From the IMG/VR virus record IMGVR_UViG_2778261035_000005: a stretch of DNA of 64,000 nucleotides. One strand, given 5' to 3'. Position 1 is the stretch's first letter, and every line of letters starts with the position of its first letter. Made by a program: the position numbers and the translations under genes. Under the pieces are notes generated by a model, which was given only the letters and a program-made list of their open reading frames with translations, did no database searches and was not told the DNA's origin. Positions 49,209 to 58,716 of the stretch are shown one piece after another. The stretch comes from a virus (Duplodnaviria; Heunggongvirae; Uroviricota; Caudoviricetes).

Positions 49209-49791
49209 TAGATAAGTACAAACCATTCATAAAGTGAATTGTAAGTGCTAAGATCTGATAGTTTCCAGTCGTAGACTGGAGACTCGACCTGATGGGTGGG
49301 GGTAAGCGTCACTGGCGTCAGGTTTAAAAAAGCTCACTACCAGCGTAGAACTGGTGCCGTTTAGGTGTCGGGGAAGGGGGAACCAAAGTGAGCAGAGACA
49401 AGGGTCACTTTATGATTGTCGAGTCTGGGGTGTTTCGAGAGGTTGAATCCAGTACTCCCCTTCATAAAGTGTGGGAAGATCTCGGTTCTGGGGTGCTGTC
49501 ATCCATAACTTCCCAAGTCTAAGCTGGCAGTAGACTTAGACCATAACTTTTCAGGTTATGAAACGACCAGGTTGGTGAGAGATTTTTATACTCACCTCCC
49601 TGGGAGAGTATTACCTGAAAAGACAACCTCTCACTTCGTTCGAGGTGAACTTCACTCACTTCGTTCGTTCAGTTCAGGTTTATAAAAACCTGTTCTGGGA
49701 AGTAATTTGTTTATTTTAATAATTATTAACACGCACGCGTGTGCGCACGCGCGAGGAAAAAATCGGCGCGGCGCTTGATTCAGGAGTTTAT

Positions 49792-50385
49792 ATGACGACG
49801 AAGACACCAGCCCGATCGCAAGCAAAAACTCGCAAAAAAGCCAAAAACAAAAATTCTCCCCGCACCAATCCCACAACGCCTGTCGTAGAGTTCAATCCCC
49901 AGCTTAAAACCGTGAAAATCTTCAGTGATGGCTCTTGCCTTAAAAATCCGGGTGGCCCGGGCGGTTACGGTATCGTTCTTCAGTATCGTGGAGAGGAACG
50001 CGAGTTCTCAGATGGTTTTCATAGCACCACCAATAACCGCATGGAGATGATGGGGGCACTTATCGGGCTGGAGCGTTTGAAATATCCATGCAACGTTATT
50101 TTGCACTCTGATAGCCAGTATCTGAAAAACGGCATGACACTGTGGATGAAATGGTGGAAACGCAATGGATGGATGACTTCTGACAAAAAACCGGTAAAGA
50201 ATGTTGATCTGTGGAAGCGTCTGGATGAGGCCGCAAGTCGACATAATGTTCGCTGGAAGTGGGTTAAAGGCCACGCCGGGCATCGTGAAAATGAAATATG
50301 TGATCGACTCGCGAAGATCGCAGCTTTTTCCGCAGCAGATATGCCTCACAAGAAAGATATTGGTTTTGTTTATAACAAACAGTAA
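49792..50385 (+). CDS. rnhA: ribonuclease HI with basic N-terminal extension
   Basis: [61 protein letters not shown] near-colinear with bacterial RnhA; aggag SD before ATG 49792. Confidence 0.9.
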   Translation: MTTKTPARSQAKTRKKAKNKNSPRTNPTTPVVEFNPQLKTVKIFSDGSCLKNPGGPGGYGIVLQYRGEEREFSDGFHSTTNNRMEMMGALIGLERLKYPCNVILHSDSQYLKNGMTLWMKWWKRNGWMTSDKKPVKNVDLWKRLDEAASRHNVRWKWVKGHAGHRENEICDRLAKIAAFSAADMPHKKDIGFVYNKQ

Positions 50386-50530
50386 GTAAGTGTTTACCTA
50401 TCATTTTAAATCATGTATCTTATCGGCGTCAGGATGACAATGTGTCGGTAAGACACAGTTCCAGGATGGAACGAGAAAGGCGGCTGGCAATCGCCAGCCG
50501 CAACTCTTTCTGACACTGGATGGAGTCCAA

Positions 50531-51025
50531 ATGGCACGTCAATTTTTTTTAACTCCTGCAACTAAACGCCCTCGTTCTTTACGTCAAATTTTGGCCGAAT
50601 TATTTAGCGGTCGCCTTCTATCACGTCTTGATGAATTAGAGACTACCGTTCTGTTGCTTAAGGCACGTTTAGATGAGCAAGCGTCAGTTGTTGCGAACGT
50701 GGGGGTGATTGTTACCTCCGGTTCTTCACGTGAGGCGAAAAATGCACGGCCTTTAGTGAAGGAGAAAAACAACAAGGATCGTTCGGATGGAAAATTTTCA
50801 AAGAAAGAGACTGAAACCAATGGCCTACGTTCTCATTATAGTTTCACTGGCGACGGTAGCCGTTCCAGCCGGCCAGAGCCTTTTGATGCCGGATTTATCC
50901 ATCACCACACCTTCGTCGACGACCATTACCACCACTCCAGTGGAGCGTCCTGTCATTCTGGATGGGATGACGGTGGATGCGATACCTCAAGTTCATCCAG
51001 TTACTCTGGATCATGCTGTGACTAA
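50531..51025 (+). CDS. hypothetical protein (frame ambiguous; +1 ORF embedded)
   Basis: ORF track; C-terminal half low-complexity His/Ser/Cys-rich; overlapped by ORF 50787-51038. Confidence 0.3.
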   Translation: MARQFFLTPATKRPRSLRQILAELFSGRLLSRLDELETTVLLLKARLDEQASVVANVGVIVTSGSSREAKNARPLVKEKNNKDRSDGKFSKKETETNGLRSHYSFTGDGSRSSRPEPFDAGFIHHHTFVDDHYHHSSGASCHSGWDDGGCDTSSSSSYSGSCCD

Positions 51026-51034
51026 GGCGGTTGT

Positions 51035-51232
51035 ATGAACTGGTTTTCAAATCACTTTGGAAAAAGTTGGCTGGCGATTCTGGCTTTCATAGCTCTCATG
51101 GCCGCCGGTTGGGTATCGAACATTATAAAACTTGTTTGCTCTGGCGATCTCCAGTTTCAGGCTGGTATGACCTTGGCTCGTGTAGTTGGGATTTTTATTT
51201 TTCCAGTCGGTTCGGTACTTGGTTATTTCTGA
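51035..51232 (+). CDS. small membrane protein
   Basis: ORF track; hydrophobic helices; ATG overlaps stop of +1 ORF (ATGA). Confidence 0.4.
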   Translation: MNWFSNHFGKSWLAILAFIALMAAGWVSNIIKLVCSGDLQFQAGMTLARVVGIFIFPVGSVLGYF

Positions 51233-51325
51233 CGGTTGTTAGTGCATATGCATTGACCGTCTTTGCGTAAGCAATTTATGTAACCAGAAAACAATTTGTT
51301 TTGACAAATAGCAAAAGGAAAACAC

Positions 51326-51751
51326 ATGTTAGGTTTCTTCAAAAAGAAAACTCGTAAAGCCGTTATCGAAGTCAAAAAAATGGAGAACCGTGATGCGGTT
51401 GAAGCCACCGTGTGGGGCGGGTACATGATCTCCTATGCCAACGGTACATGCGATGCAAAAGAAATTTCCATTCTTGAGAAAACAATTGCAGCTCTGCCTG
51501 CATTTTCTCCTTTTGCTGGTGAGATTGCCCAGATGAGCGCCAATATCCGCGCTCAATACGAAGCCTCACCGCGCCGTGCTAATGCCCAGGCTTTACGTGA
51601 GCTGGCGGATGTGGCCGGGACTGATGATGCAGTAGATGTACTGTGTCTGTGCCTTGATATTGCCGACCAAGACGGCATTGATGAACCAGAAGAGCAGGCG
51701 CTGAAGAAGATCGCCCAGGCGCTTCAGTTGTCACTGGATGCTTATCTCTAA
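51326..51751 (+). CDS. TerB-like domain protein
   Basis: C-terminal LCLCLDIADQDGIDEPEEQALKKIAQAL resembles TerB/DjlA-N ADG...E...L motif. Confidence 0.5.
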   Translation: MLGFFKKKTRKAVIEVKKMENRDAVEATVWGGYMISYANGTCDAKEISILEKTIAALPAFSPFAGEIAQMSANIRAQYEASPRRANAQALRELADVAGTDDAVDVLCLCLDIADQDGIDEPEEQALKKIAQALQLSLDAYL

Positions 51752-51909
51752 TGCTTGAGAGATTCCGGCTTGTGACCGTCATTGCTCTTCTGGTGATGGC
51801 GGTGTTGGTGGATTTTACGGGAAAGATGATGTCTGTCATTTCTGATGGCGTCCTCATTGGTCTGGCGATCTACTTCGCTTATCCGCTAGTCCGTAAAGCA
51901 ACGTGTTAA
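51751..51909 (+). CDS. small membrane protein (52 aa, not in ORF track)
   Basis: TAATG overlap with upstream gene; LVTVIALLVMAVLV hydrophobic. Confidence 0.35.
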   Translation: MLERFRLVTVIALLVMAVLVDFTGKMMSVISDGVLIGLAIYFAYPLVRKATC

Positions 51910-51912
51910 TGA

Positions 51913-51938
51913 CAAGGGCCATTTGGCCCTTGTGTTTC
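51913..51938 (+). terminator. intrinsic terminator
   Basis: caagggcc-attt-ggcccttg then tgtttcg. Confidence 0.5.
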
Positions 51939-52048
51939 GTTGACCGAAATAGAGAGTTTGCACCTTTACGTTTAGCTTGCTCCCCTTTTATGCCACATCA
52001 CAATAAAGCCAATAAGAAAACAACTTGTTTAAGCATTAGGAAAAACAC

Positions 52049-52618
52049 ATGTGCAAGAAATGCAAAGCGATAGCTGATGAACAAAACGCCTTATTCGAAG
52101 AAATGGATGCTAATGAACTGGTCAAAATGTTAGCCATTCTTCGAGGAATAGAAGACGTTTCCATATTTGAGAGAGTGGTTACAGCACTTAATTTTGAGTC
52201 CACCTTTGAAGAGCCAACTCAGGTTGTAGCTTTAGCACATCATTTCGGTGTTCATTATCTTGCTGAAAAAGAGCGCGCTGATAAGTTGCAGGCGACTTTG
52301 GATATGGTGAGCGAGACTCAACGAACTGATGACACTAACAAGAGTGAGGCGATTATTGCCAGCAAAGATCGTGAAATTGCTGGGCTTAAATCCTCTCTAA
52401 CGATGTTGATGTCTGCGTTCAATCTTATGTCTTCTCAGGCGGGTTATAAAATGCCATCACTAAACAGCGATGATCCGATGGCCGTTCGTCAGCTTTTGGG
52501 AGCAATGGCCGACCAACTCGACGACACAAAGAGTCGCCTTGAAGACATGATGCGTGAGTTAAGCCATCGACATAACCTCGCAACACAACCACACAAAGTC
52601 TTTCAAAGCTCTAATTGA
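52049..52618 (+). CDS. hypothetical protein
   Basis: ORF track; conserved upstream palindrome and SD context. Confidence 0.5.
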   Translation: MCKKCKAIADEQNALFEEMDANELVKMLAILRGIEDVSIFERVVTALNFESTFEEPTQVVALAHHFGVHYLAEKERADKLQATLDMVSETQRTDDTNKSEAIIASKDREIAGLKSSLTMLMSAFNLMSSQAGYKMPSLNSDDPMAVRQLLGAMADQLDDTKSRLEDMMRELSHRHNLATQPHKVFQSSN

Positions 52619-52672
52619 TCTGATATGGCCGCATGATCGGCCATATTGTGTTGATAAAAACAAGGATGAAAA

Positions 52673-52954
52673 ATGGCATACGGTACAGGGATTTACAACA
52701 ATAAAGGAATTAACGTTACTGGCTTCCTTACACCTATTTTTTTTCTTGATCGATTTACGGCGTCATCAGGCTCTAAGACGTACTCTAATCCGCCACCGGG
52801 TAAATCACTTCATGCCGTGTGGTCATTGATGCCTCTTAACAACGACAACTACATCAATTTACCTGTTCCAAAAGTTACTATTAATGGAAATACGGTTAGT
52901 TGGTCAAATTTATATACGGGGCTTGGTTCTTACATATATACATACTGGGGATAA
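52673..52954 (+). CDS. hypothetical A+T-rich protein (Asn/Gly/Thr/Tyr-rich)
   Basis: ORF track; compositionally distinct from neighbours. Confidence 0.4.
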   Translation: MAYGTGIYNNKGINVTGFLTPIFFLDRFTASSGSKTYSNPPPGKSLHAVWSLMPLNNDNYINLPVPKVTINGNTVSWSNLYTGLGSYIYTYWG

Positions 52955-52956
52955 TT

Positions 52957-53571
52957 ATGTTCGGGATGTCAATTACTCAATCAGATGGAAGTTTGTGGAT
53001 GAGTCCAGAATTTACTCCGCAAAATCTGATTAATAAAGGGACAATGTCTGCATCTAAAGGTTCTGTTTTTAAAACATCAATCCCATCAAACAAATCATGC
53101 TTTTTCTTCATAAAAAGCAGTAATAAGGCGAACATGATGTTTATTCATGAACATAGTAACGGATACAATTCTCTCAGATTGCATCAGGTAAATGGTAGCC
53201 CCGGAACAATAACAGTTTATGCTTTTTCTGATATGGTGTTACCACATTCTGGCTATGGCATTGCCATGTATAACAGCGCAGGCGCAATGGTGTATCACGG
53301 TGAGATGATGCCCCTTGATGCGAAACTTATCACTATTTCGGACCCTCAATTTACCATAGATGTGGGGTATCCGTGTGCGGTAATGCCTGCTATGGTTGGG
53401 GTTTATAACTATAGACGAACCGATTACGACAGACCTGTCTATGTAACTATGACCGGTGCAACTGGAAACCAAGTATATAACGGTCAATGGTATTCCGGTA
53501 ATGTCACATGGGATATTAAGAAGATTTATACAAACAAAATCCTGGTTATAAATACCTCAAAGTATGATTAG
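52957..53571 (+). CDS. hypothetical A+T-rich protein (beta-rich composition)
   Basis: ATG 2 nt after upstream stop with ggggataa SD; Asn/Ser/Tyr/Gly-rich. Confidence 0.45.
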   Translation: MFGMSITQSDGSLWMSPEFTPQNLINKGTMSASKGSVFKTSIPSNKSCFFFIKSSNKANMMFIHEHSNGYNSLRLHQVNGSPGTITVYAFSDMVLPHSGYGIAMYNSAGAMVYHGEMMPLDAKLITISDPQFTIDVGYPCAVMPAMVGVYNYRRTDYDRPVYVTMTGATGNQVYNGQWYSGNVTWDIKKIYTNKILVINTSKYD

Positions 53572-53674
53572 CAAATACCTTTATTTAAAGGATTGCCTGT
53601 TAATTTCTATTTAGCACCTTTTCATTTTTGAAATAATTGCACTATTAAACAAATCTTTTCTTAATGGTGCAATT

Positions 53675-55360
53675 ATGAATACAACTCTTTCCATCATCGA
53701 CGATACCAACTCAAACACTGCTATCGATTATCGTCAGGAAATGAACGTCATCCACGAAATCGTAGCCGAGTGCGAGAAAGAGATCGCCTTCATGTATCAG
53801 GTTCACGACTTCGTTTATTGCGATGAACGCCACAACATGATTAATCGCCTGCTTCGACTAAACCATAGACCAGATGAAGATCGCTCCCGTTTGAATCGAA
53901 TCTGGCTGGATAAAGTCGATCTGGAATGGGTGAAACAGAATATTTGGGCCGAGTACTGGAGGAAGGTCACGGACATGACTAACGTTCTGCTGATCATGCC
54001 AGCTTCCCGTCGCGACGAGTGGCGTGAGCAGTTTATCGAGGGCAAGCAGGAAGTCACCAAAACTGACAGAACCGGCTACCAGATGAAGGTTAAAGAGTTC
54101 GTTGGTGTACCGGAGTTCAAAGCAGAAACGGTCATACCAACGATGCTTAATTTGCTGAATGACAGGCACAAATATCTCTCCGAGCGCGTGTATGGCTTGT
54201 TTAAGGCGCTGAGTCCTGCGCACAAGACAAATAAGACGAACGGTTTCAGCGAGCGTCTGATAATCGCTGACTGCATTTCTGATTTCTGGCGGGACAGCGT
54301 TAGTGTGAACTATCGCAAAGAGGACTATATCGACGATCTGCGTGTCTTGCTTCATTTCTTCGCGCACAAAGAATTTATTACCATCAACCGCACTGCTGAG
54401 GTGCTATCAGCTGCGTATCGGGCAAACGACTGCCAGACCGGTGACTGGATGAACGTCGATGGAAATCTGATGCGCGTGAAGATGTTCAAGAACGGCAATG
54501 TTCACTTTGAAATACATCCTGACGTGGCTTGGAAGTTGAATGAGGTGCTGGCTTACAGTATGCCTGCTGCAATCCCCGCACCATGCCGCACTGCGCCAAA
54601 AACACGGGCACCAAAGCAGTTCGGGTTAATCCAGAAGACGATCTCCGTGCCGGTTCGCACTGCGCTTCGTGACGGGCGATTTAGCAAAGACAAAGGCGTA
54701 TGGTACTTCTCTGATTCAGCTCTCCAGAAGTCGCAGGTGGAAGAGCTTGAGCGCACACTGAGCTTCATTGGCGGCGTGCAGGAGAAAAAGCACTGGCAGT
54801 TCCCGTATGAGATCGGCCATACGCTAAATACGATTGTGGCTACTGGTTTAATACCGGATACAAAATCACACCAGTTCTACCCTACCCCACGCTTGATTGC
54901 TGAGTACGTTGCCAGAGCCACTGAATTGAAGCCTGGTGAGAAGCTGTTGGAGCCTCAAGCCGGACGTGGGGATCTTATGGCCTATATTAACGCCGATCTG
55001 GAAGATGTTACCTGCATAGAAATCGCACCTCTCTTCGCTGATATCCTGCGTGGAAAAGGGTATACGAACACGATTTGCTGCGACTTCATAAAGTGGTCTG
55101 AGGACAACGCAGGTTATCAGTTCGACAAAATCGTTATGAACCCGCCGTACTCGCTTGGTCGTCATAGAGAGCACACGCTGGCTGCGCTGGGGCATCTGAA
55201 AGTCGGCGGGCGTCTTGTAGCAGTATTGCCGGGCACTGCGCCAATACTGGACTGGATGACGATGGATAATTACGTTTATGCCAGAGGGAAGTCGTTTACC
55301 AACGAGTTTGAAGACACAGGGATCACAGTCAGCGTATACGTTTTCAAACGCGTTAAATGA
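53675..55360 (+). CDS. DNA methyltransferase (N6-adenine type, motif I then NPPY) with ~400-aa N-terminal domain of unknown function
   Basis: LEPQAGRGDL (motif I) and IVMNPPYS (motif IV) in the C-terminal third. Confidence 0.65.
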   Translation: MNTTLSIIDDTNSNTAIDYRQEMNVIHEIVAECEKEIAFMYQVHDFVYCDERHNMINRLLRLNHRPDEDRSRLNRIWLDKVDLEWVKQNIWAEYWRKVTDMTNVLLIMPASRRDEWREQFIEGKQEVTKTDRTGYQMKVKEFVGVPEFKAETVIPTMLNLLNDRHKYLSERVYGLFKALSPAHKTNKTNGFSERLIIADCISDFWRDSVSVNYRKEDYIDDLRVLLHFFAHKEFITINRTAEVLSAAYRANDCQTGDWMNVDGNLMRVKMFKNGNVHFEIHPDVAWKLNEVLAYSMPAAIPAPCRTAPKTRAPKQFGLIQKTISVPVRTALRDGRFSKDKGVWYFSDSALQKSQVEELERTLSFIGGVQEKKHWQFPYEIGHTLNTIVATGLIPDTKSHQFYPTPRLIAEYVARATELKPGEKLLEPQAGRGDLMAYINADLEDVTCIEIAPLFADILRGKGYTNTICCDFIKWSEDNAGYQFDKIVMNPPYSLGRHREHTLAALGHLKVGGRLVAVLPGTAPILDWMTMDNYVYARGKSFTNEFEDTGITVSVYVFKRVK

Positions 55361-55421
55361 TAGGTAAACACTTACTTAATTTGTGTAAGAATATAATAAC
55401 TAAACGATAAGAGAAAAACAC

Positions 55422-56126
55422 ATGAACAACCTCCAGTTAGAGCATTTTAACGCCACAGGCCATTCCGATTTTCCTTTCAAGTTTACATTGAAAGGTTATG
55501 CGGAGGATGCGGTAGGCCAGATCATTATTGATAAAGGCATCGTTAAGTTTGAGGGGAATTTTGATGAATCCGCGAAAACATTCATAGACTTCGTTGCCAA
55601 ACGTTGGAGCGAGCAATGGAAAGACCTGGAAAAGCGCGCCAATGAGTTTGATCGGTTCATGGATGCAATGGATACAGCAAAAGAGGCTCTGGCTGCCGGG
55701 ACTCCGTTAGATCTGGAGTCACTTTTCAACGGCACAATGGCCTCTGCGATGTTCGCCACCATGTTCGCGGGTGAGTTCGTCCGCAGCGGTGCCAAAAACT
55801 ATCTTGAGCTGGATTACAACGTCCCTGAAATTGGCGATTTCGTCGTTACCATCCAACGCAAAGAAGGTAAGACGCCAGGTGAACGCGTCGCAGAGCTTGA
55901 GACCGTTGTGGATCAGCGTAACGGAGAGTGTGACCGTTTGGTCAACGAGCTTCATGCACTTCGGGAAGAAAGAATATGCGCGGGTAGCAATACACGTAAT
56001 GCAGCGGATATCTACTTCCAGTTAGTCGAGGAATGCCAAATTCCACCAGGTGGCTCTCTTGTCGATTACGTCAGACTTTTAATGGCGGAAGTTAACTCCA
56101 GCCATAAAAATGGTGAGGTGCGCTGA
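55422..56126 (+). CDS. hypothetical protein
   Basis: ORF track; conserved gagaaaaacacATG context. Confidence 0.5.
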   Translation: MNNLQLEHFNATGHSDFPFKFTLKGYAEDAVGQIIIDKGIVKFEGNFDESAKTFIDFVAKRWSEQWKDLEKRANEFDRFMDAMDTAKEALAAGTPLDLESLFNGTMASAMFATMFAGEFVRSGAKNYLELDYNVPEIGDFVVTIQRKEGKTPGERVAELETVVDQRNGECDRLVNELHALREERICAGSNTRNAADIYFQLVEECQIPPGGSLVDYVRLLMAEVNSSHKNGEVR

Positions 56127-56506
56127 TGTTTGGCATTGACGCACAGCGTATAGCCGCTTTTGCAAAAAACCCTCTTGATAATCCCTTGTCTCGTAGTGAG
56201 CAAATGGAGCTGGCAAGGCTTTTTCTTCACATTCAAAAACAGGCAGACATTTTCAATAACATGCCTAATCAACCTATTCTGGATGGTCACATCCAGATGG
56301 TCATTAACAGTCATGAGAAAGGCTGGGCTGCAATCGTCCCCTGCACAATTACATACAAGTTGGCGAAAGAGGTTCAAGAGTTTCGAAAAGCCAGTGTCGA
56401 ATCGGAGTCTACCAAAGCCGCAATAAACACTCTTATTCGCATGGGGTTCACATGGGACGGTGGAGTTTACTGGCAAGCACCTCAACCCATTTTATCCGGC
56501 AATTAG
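56126..56506 (+). CDS. hypothetical protein
   Basis: ORF track; start overlaps upstream stop. Confidence 0.45.
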   Translation: MFGIDAQRIAAFAKNPLDNPLSRSEQMELARLFLHIQKQADIFNNMPNQPILDGHIQMVINSHEKGWAAIVPCTITYKLAKEVQEFRKASVESESTKAAINTLIRMGFTWDGGVYWQAPQPILSGN

Positions 56507-56644
56507 GCGCTACAAATCCTTCTGCATGAATAAATAAAGGCCATAACTTATGGCCTTAAATAAATTGTTTTCTACCTTTTCTTATTTGTGAAAATAAACC
56601 AGCACTTGGTAGTGCTTATGTAACAGCAAAGAAGAGAAAAACAC

Positions 56645-57094
56645 ATGAGTAACAAAATCGAAAACCCCGTAGTTCTCATTCACAAGCGTGAGAACCACGA
56701 CTCCTATGCAGTGACGATCACCAATGGGAGTCACGATTTTTACGATGGTCTGCTAATGGCCTCAGTGTCGCCTGATGAGGCAGACAACTCTTTTGCCGTC
56801 TTCGCTATGGTTGGTTACTACATGGCTGCCGAAATTGAGAAGTTGCGGGCGCAGAGAGAAGCATTAGCGGCGGAGAATGCAGCCCTGAAAGAATCTGAGC
56901 GAGCATTCGATGCGATGTGTGCCGAGGAACACGGAGATAATTGGGTTAGCGAATTAACGGAAACCCCTGCTACCGACGCTTTTCTGGCTGAGATACGAGC
57001 GCAGGGCGTGGAGATGTTTGCTGAGTGCGCATACACACTTGAACATCATGATCACGCAGTAGCCTTCGCCGCTGAGCTTCGCAAAGGAGCATGA
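56645..57094 (+). CDS. hypothetical protein
   Basis: ORF track. Confidence 0.5.
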   Translation: MSNKIENPVVLIHKRENHDSYAVTITNGSHDFYDGLLMASVSPDEADNSFAVFAMVGYYMAAEIEKLRAQREALAAENAALKESERAFDAMCAEEHGDNWVSELTETPATDAFLAEIRAQGVEMFAECAYTLEHHDHAVAFAAELRKGA

Positions 57095-57095
57095 T

Positions 57096-57341
57096 ATGGC
57101 AACCAATAAAACGTTAGAAGCCGCCAACTTATGGCAGATTGAGCGTGCAAGGTTTGAAGCGGAACACCCGGATTTGCGAATAATGCTTAACCGTGTCGAA
57201 GAGCAACTGCATTGCAATATTATGGCGTCGGTCATCATGCTTAATGACCTTTCTTATACCGTTCGAGAAGTTAAGCGCAAAGCTAACGCGAAAGAAGTAA
57301 ATAGCTCACCGAATACAAATGGTGATGTGAAATGCAGATAG
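57096..57341 (+). CDS. hypothetical protein
   Basis: ORF track; aaaggag SD. Confidence 0.4.
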   Translation: MATNKTLEAANLWQIERARFEAEHPDLRIMLNRVEEQLHCNIMASVIMLNDLSYTVREVKRKANAKEVNSSPNTNGDVKCR

Positions 57342-57505
57342 TGTTCTTCGGCTTGCTTCCACACCCAATTCGCCTTTGGGCGTCAACATCACTCATAAAG
57401 CCGCATGTCTTTTCTGATGGAACCGGTATTCCTGCATCAAAGCGTCGTACCGGTATCGCGGCGGCACGGCGTGCAGCAAGGAAACGCAGGAGAGCAAAAC
57501 GATGA
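57332..57505 (+). CDS. possible small basic protein (57 aa, not in ORF track)
   Basis: ggtga SD; Arg/Lys-rich C-terminus; stop overlaps next ATG. Confidence 0.3.
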   Translation: MQIVFFGLLPHPIRLWASTSLIKPHVFSDGTGIPASKRRTGIAAARRAARKRRRAKR

Positions 57506-57672
57506 AAAACCGTAAAGCAAAGATTCTATTAGTTCGTAGAAACGACCCTCGAGTCTTGCAATGGACAAGAATCAGCAACAGGAGAACGGGATTGTTCACT
57601 CATGTTGGTCAGATTATGCACTCATTTCGGGATGGTGGATTTTGGTTAAATCATGATCGTGTCGAAAATTAA
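57502..57672 (+). CDS. possible small protein (56 aa, not in ORF track)
   Basis: ATGA-coupled to upstream ORF; preferred over overlapping minus-strand track ORFs. Confidence 0.3.
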   Translation: MKNRKAKILLVRRNDPRVLQWTRISNRRTGLFTHVGQIMHSFRDGGFWLNHDRVEN

Positions 57673-57683
57673 GGTGAAAGAAG

Positions 57684-58007
57684 ATGACCACATCGCATTC
57701 TGCTATTACCCAGGAAAAAGCCTTCCACATACTCGAACGATTAGAGGCGCTTGCTACGGAGGAAGATATATCACTGGAGAAACTGGTTGAGTTCAGCCGT
57801 GTGATATTGCGTCGCAAGAACGATATGGAGCGACTGACATCTGGCGCTCCATCCTTATCAGTCAGGCGAACACTTTGTTGCAGCTTCTGCAACAAATCCC
57901 AGTACGCCGTCAAAAAGTTAATTGCTGGGGACGCCGTTTTCATCTGCGACGAGTGTGTGGATGTGTGCAACAGAATTATCCGGGGAGAGAAAGAGGGATC
58001 AGCATGA
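57684..58007 (+). CDS. protein with C-terminal ClpX-type C4 zinc-binding domain (no AAA+ module)
   Basis: [39 protein letters not shown] closely matches the ClpX N-terminal zinc-binding domain as I recall it. Confidence 0.7.
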   Translation: MTTSHSAITQEKAFHILERLEALATEEDISLEKLVEFSRVILRRKNDMERLTSGAPSLSVRRTLCCSFCNKSQYAVKKLIAGDAVFICDECVDVCNRIIRGEKEGSA

Positions 58008-58534
58008 AATTTTCCAAATTTTCTGAGTTGGTGAATCGTATTTTGTCCAACAACCACAGCCATCGTCGCGATATGGATGTAACGATCGTTGTTCATTCGC
58101 CTGGTCGCATCGGTTCAATACCATCAGTTGAGGTTCAGTCAATTAAGGCGGGTTTTGATTGGGATGCCGGGCAAGTGATGATTTTTCCATCACAGCCACT
58201 GACCACGCTAACACCAGAGCAGGTTGCTGATATCACTGATAGTGTGCGCAAAGGTCAGTCTTGGCACGCGTATCAGGAATACAAGAAGCATAAAGAGCAG
58301 TTGGAAAAATTGTCGATGGAGTTGGAAGCCGCTAAACAGCGGGAAAAAGATCTGTTTATGGAAAATGTTCGACTTAAGTCAGGTATAGCCGGTCTGATAC
58401 ACCTCGGTATTCGATATGCGGATGTTGAGGTCATGAAAATTGCTGGAGATGCCCAGCTTTCTACTCCATGCACTGACAGCATCATAAACAGCATTGCAGC
58501 AGGCATTTTCACCAAAGAGGGGGCAGCACGATGA
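58004..58534 (+). CDS. hypothetical protein
   Basis: ATG 58004 overlaps upstream stop (ATGA); gaggga SD. Confidence 0.5.
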   Translation: MKFSKFSELVNRILSNNHSHRRDMDVTIVVHSPGRIGSIPSVEVQSIKAGFDWDAGQVMIFPSQPLTTLTPEQVADITDSVRKGQSWHAYQEYKKHKEQLEKLSMELEAAKQREKDLFMENVRLKSGIAGLIHLGIRYADVEVMKIAGDAQLSTPCTDSIINSIAAGIFTKEGAAR

Positions 58535-58716
58535 GAACACTAGAGGTTCGCGCTGAAGACGTAATCCCTGGTGATGTGCTCATAACATCTAAAGGTCAAC
58601 AATGTGCGGTTAAATCTTTTTGGATGGAAAATGACAAAGTGACTCTGTTCGGTACGGATGGTTCCGAAACTGATTATGACTACGACGAATTGCTTGTTGT
58701 TGAGAGAGCTGCCTAA
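58531..58716 (+). CDS. hypothetical protein
   Basis: ORF track; ATGA overlap. Confidence 0.4.
   Translation: MRTLEVRAEDVIPGDVLITSKGQQCAVKSFWMENDKVTLFGTDGSETDYDYDELLVVERAA

Noticed and set aside
49209-49791. Group I intron or homing element interrupting a gene
   Set aside because: Flanking ORFs do not look like halves of one gene and I could not identify conserved intron core elements by eye; kept as an unexplained structured region instead.
57393-58096. Minus-strand ORFs 57393-57599 and 57614-58096
   Set aside because: They overlap plus-strand ORFs that have SDs and ATGA start/stop coupling, including the ClpX-zinc-domain gene; treated as shadow ORFs.
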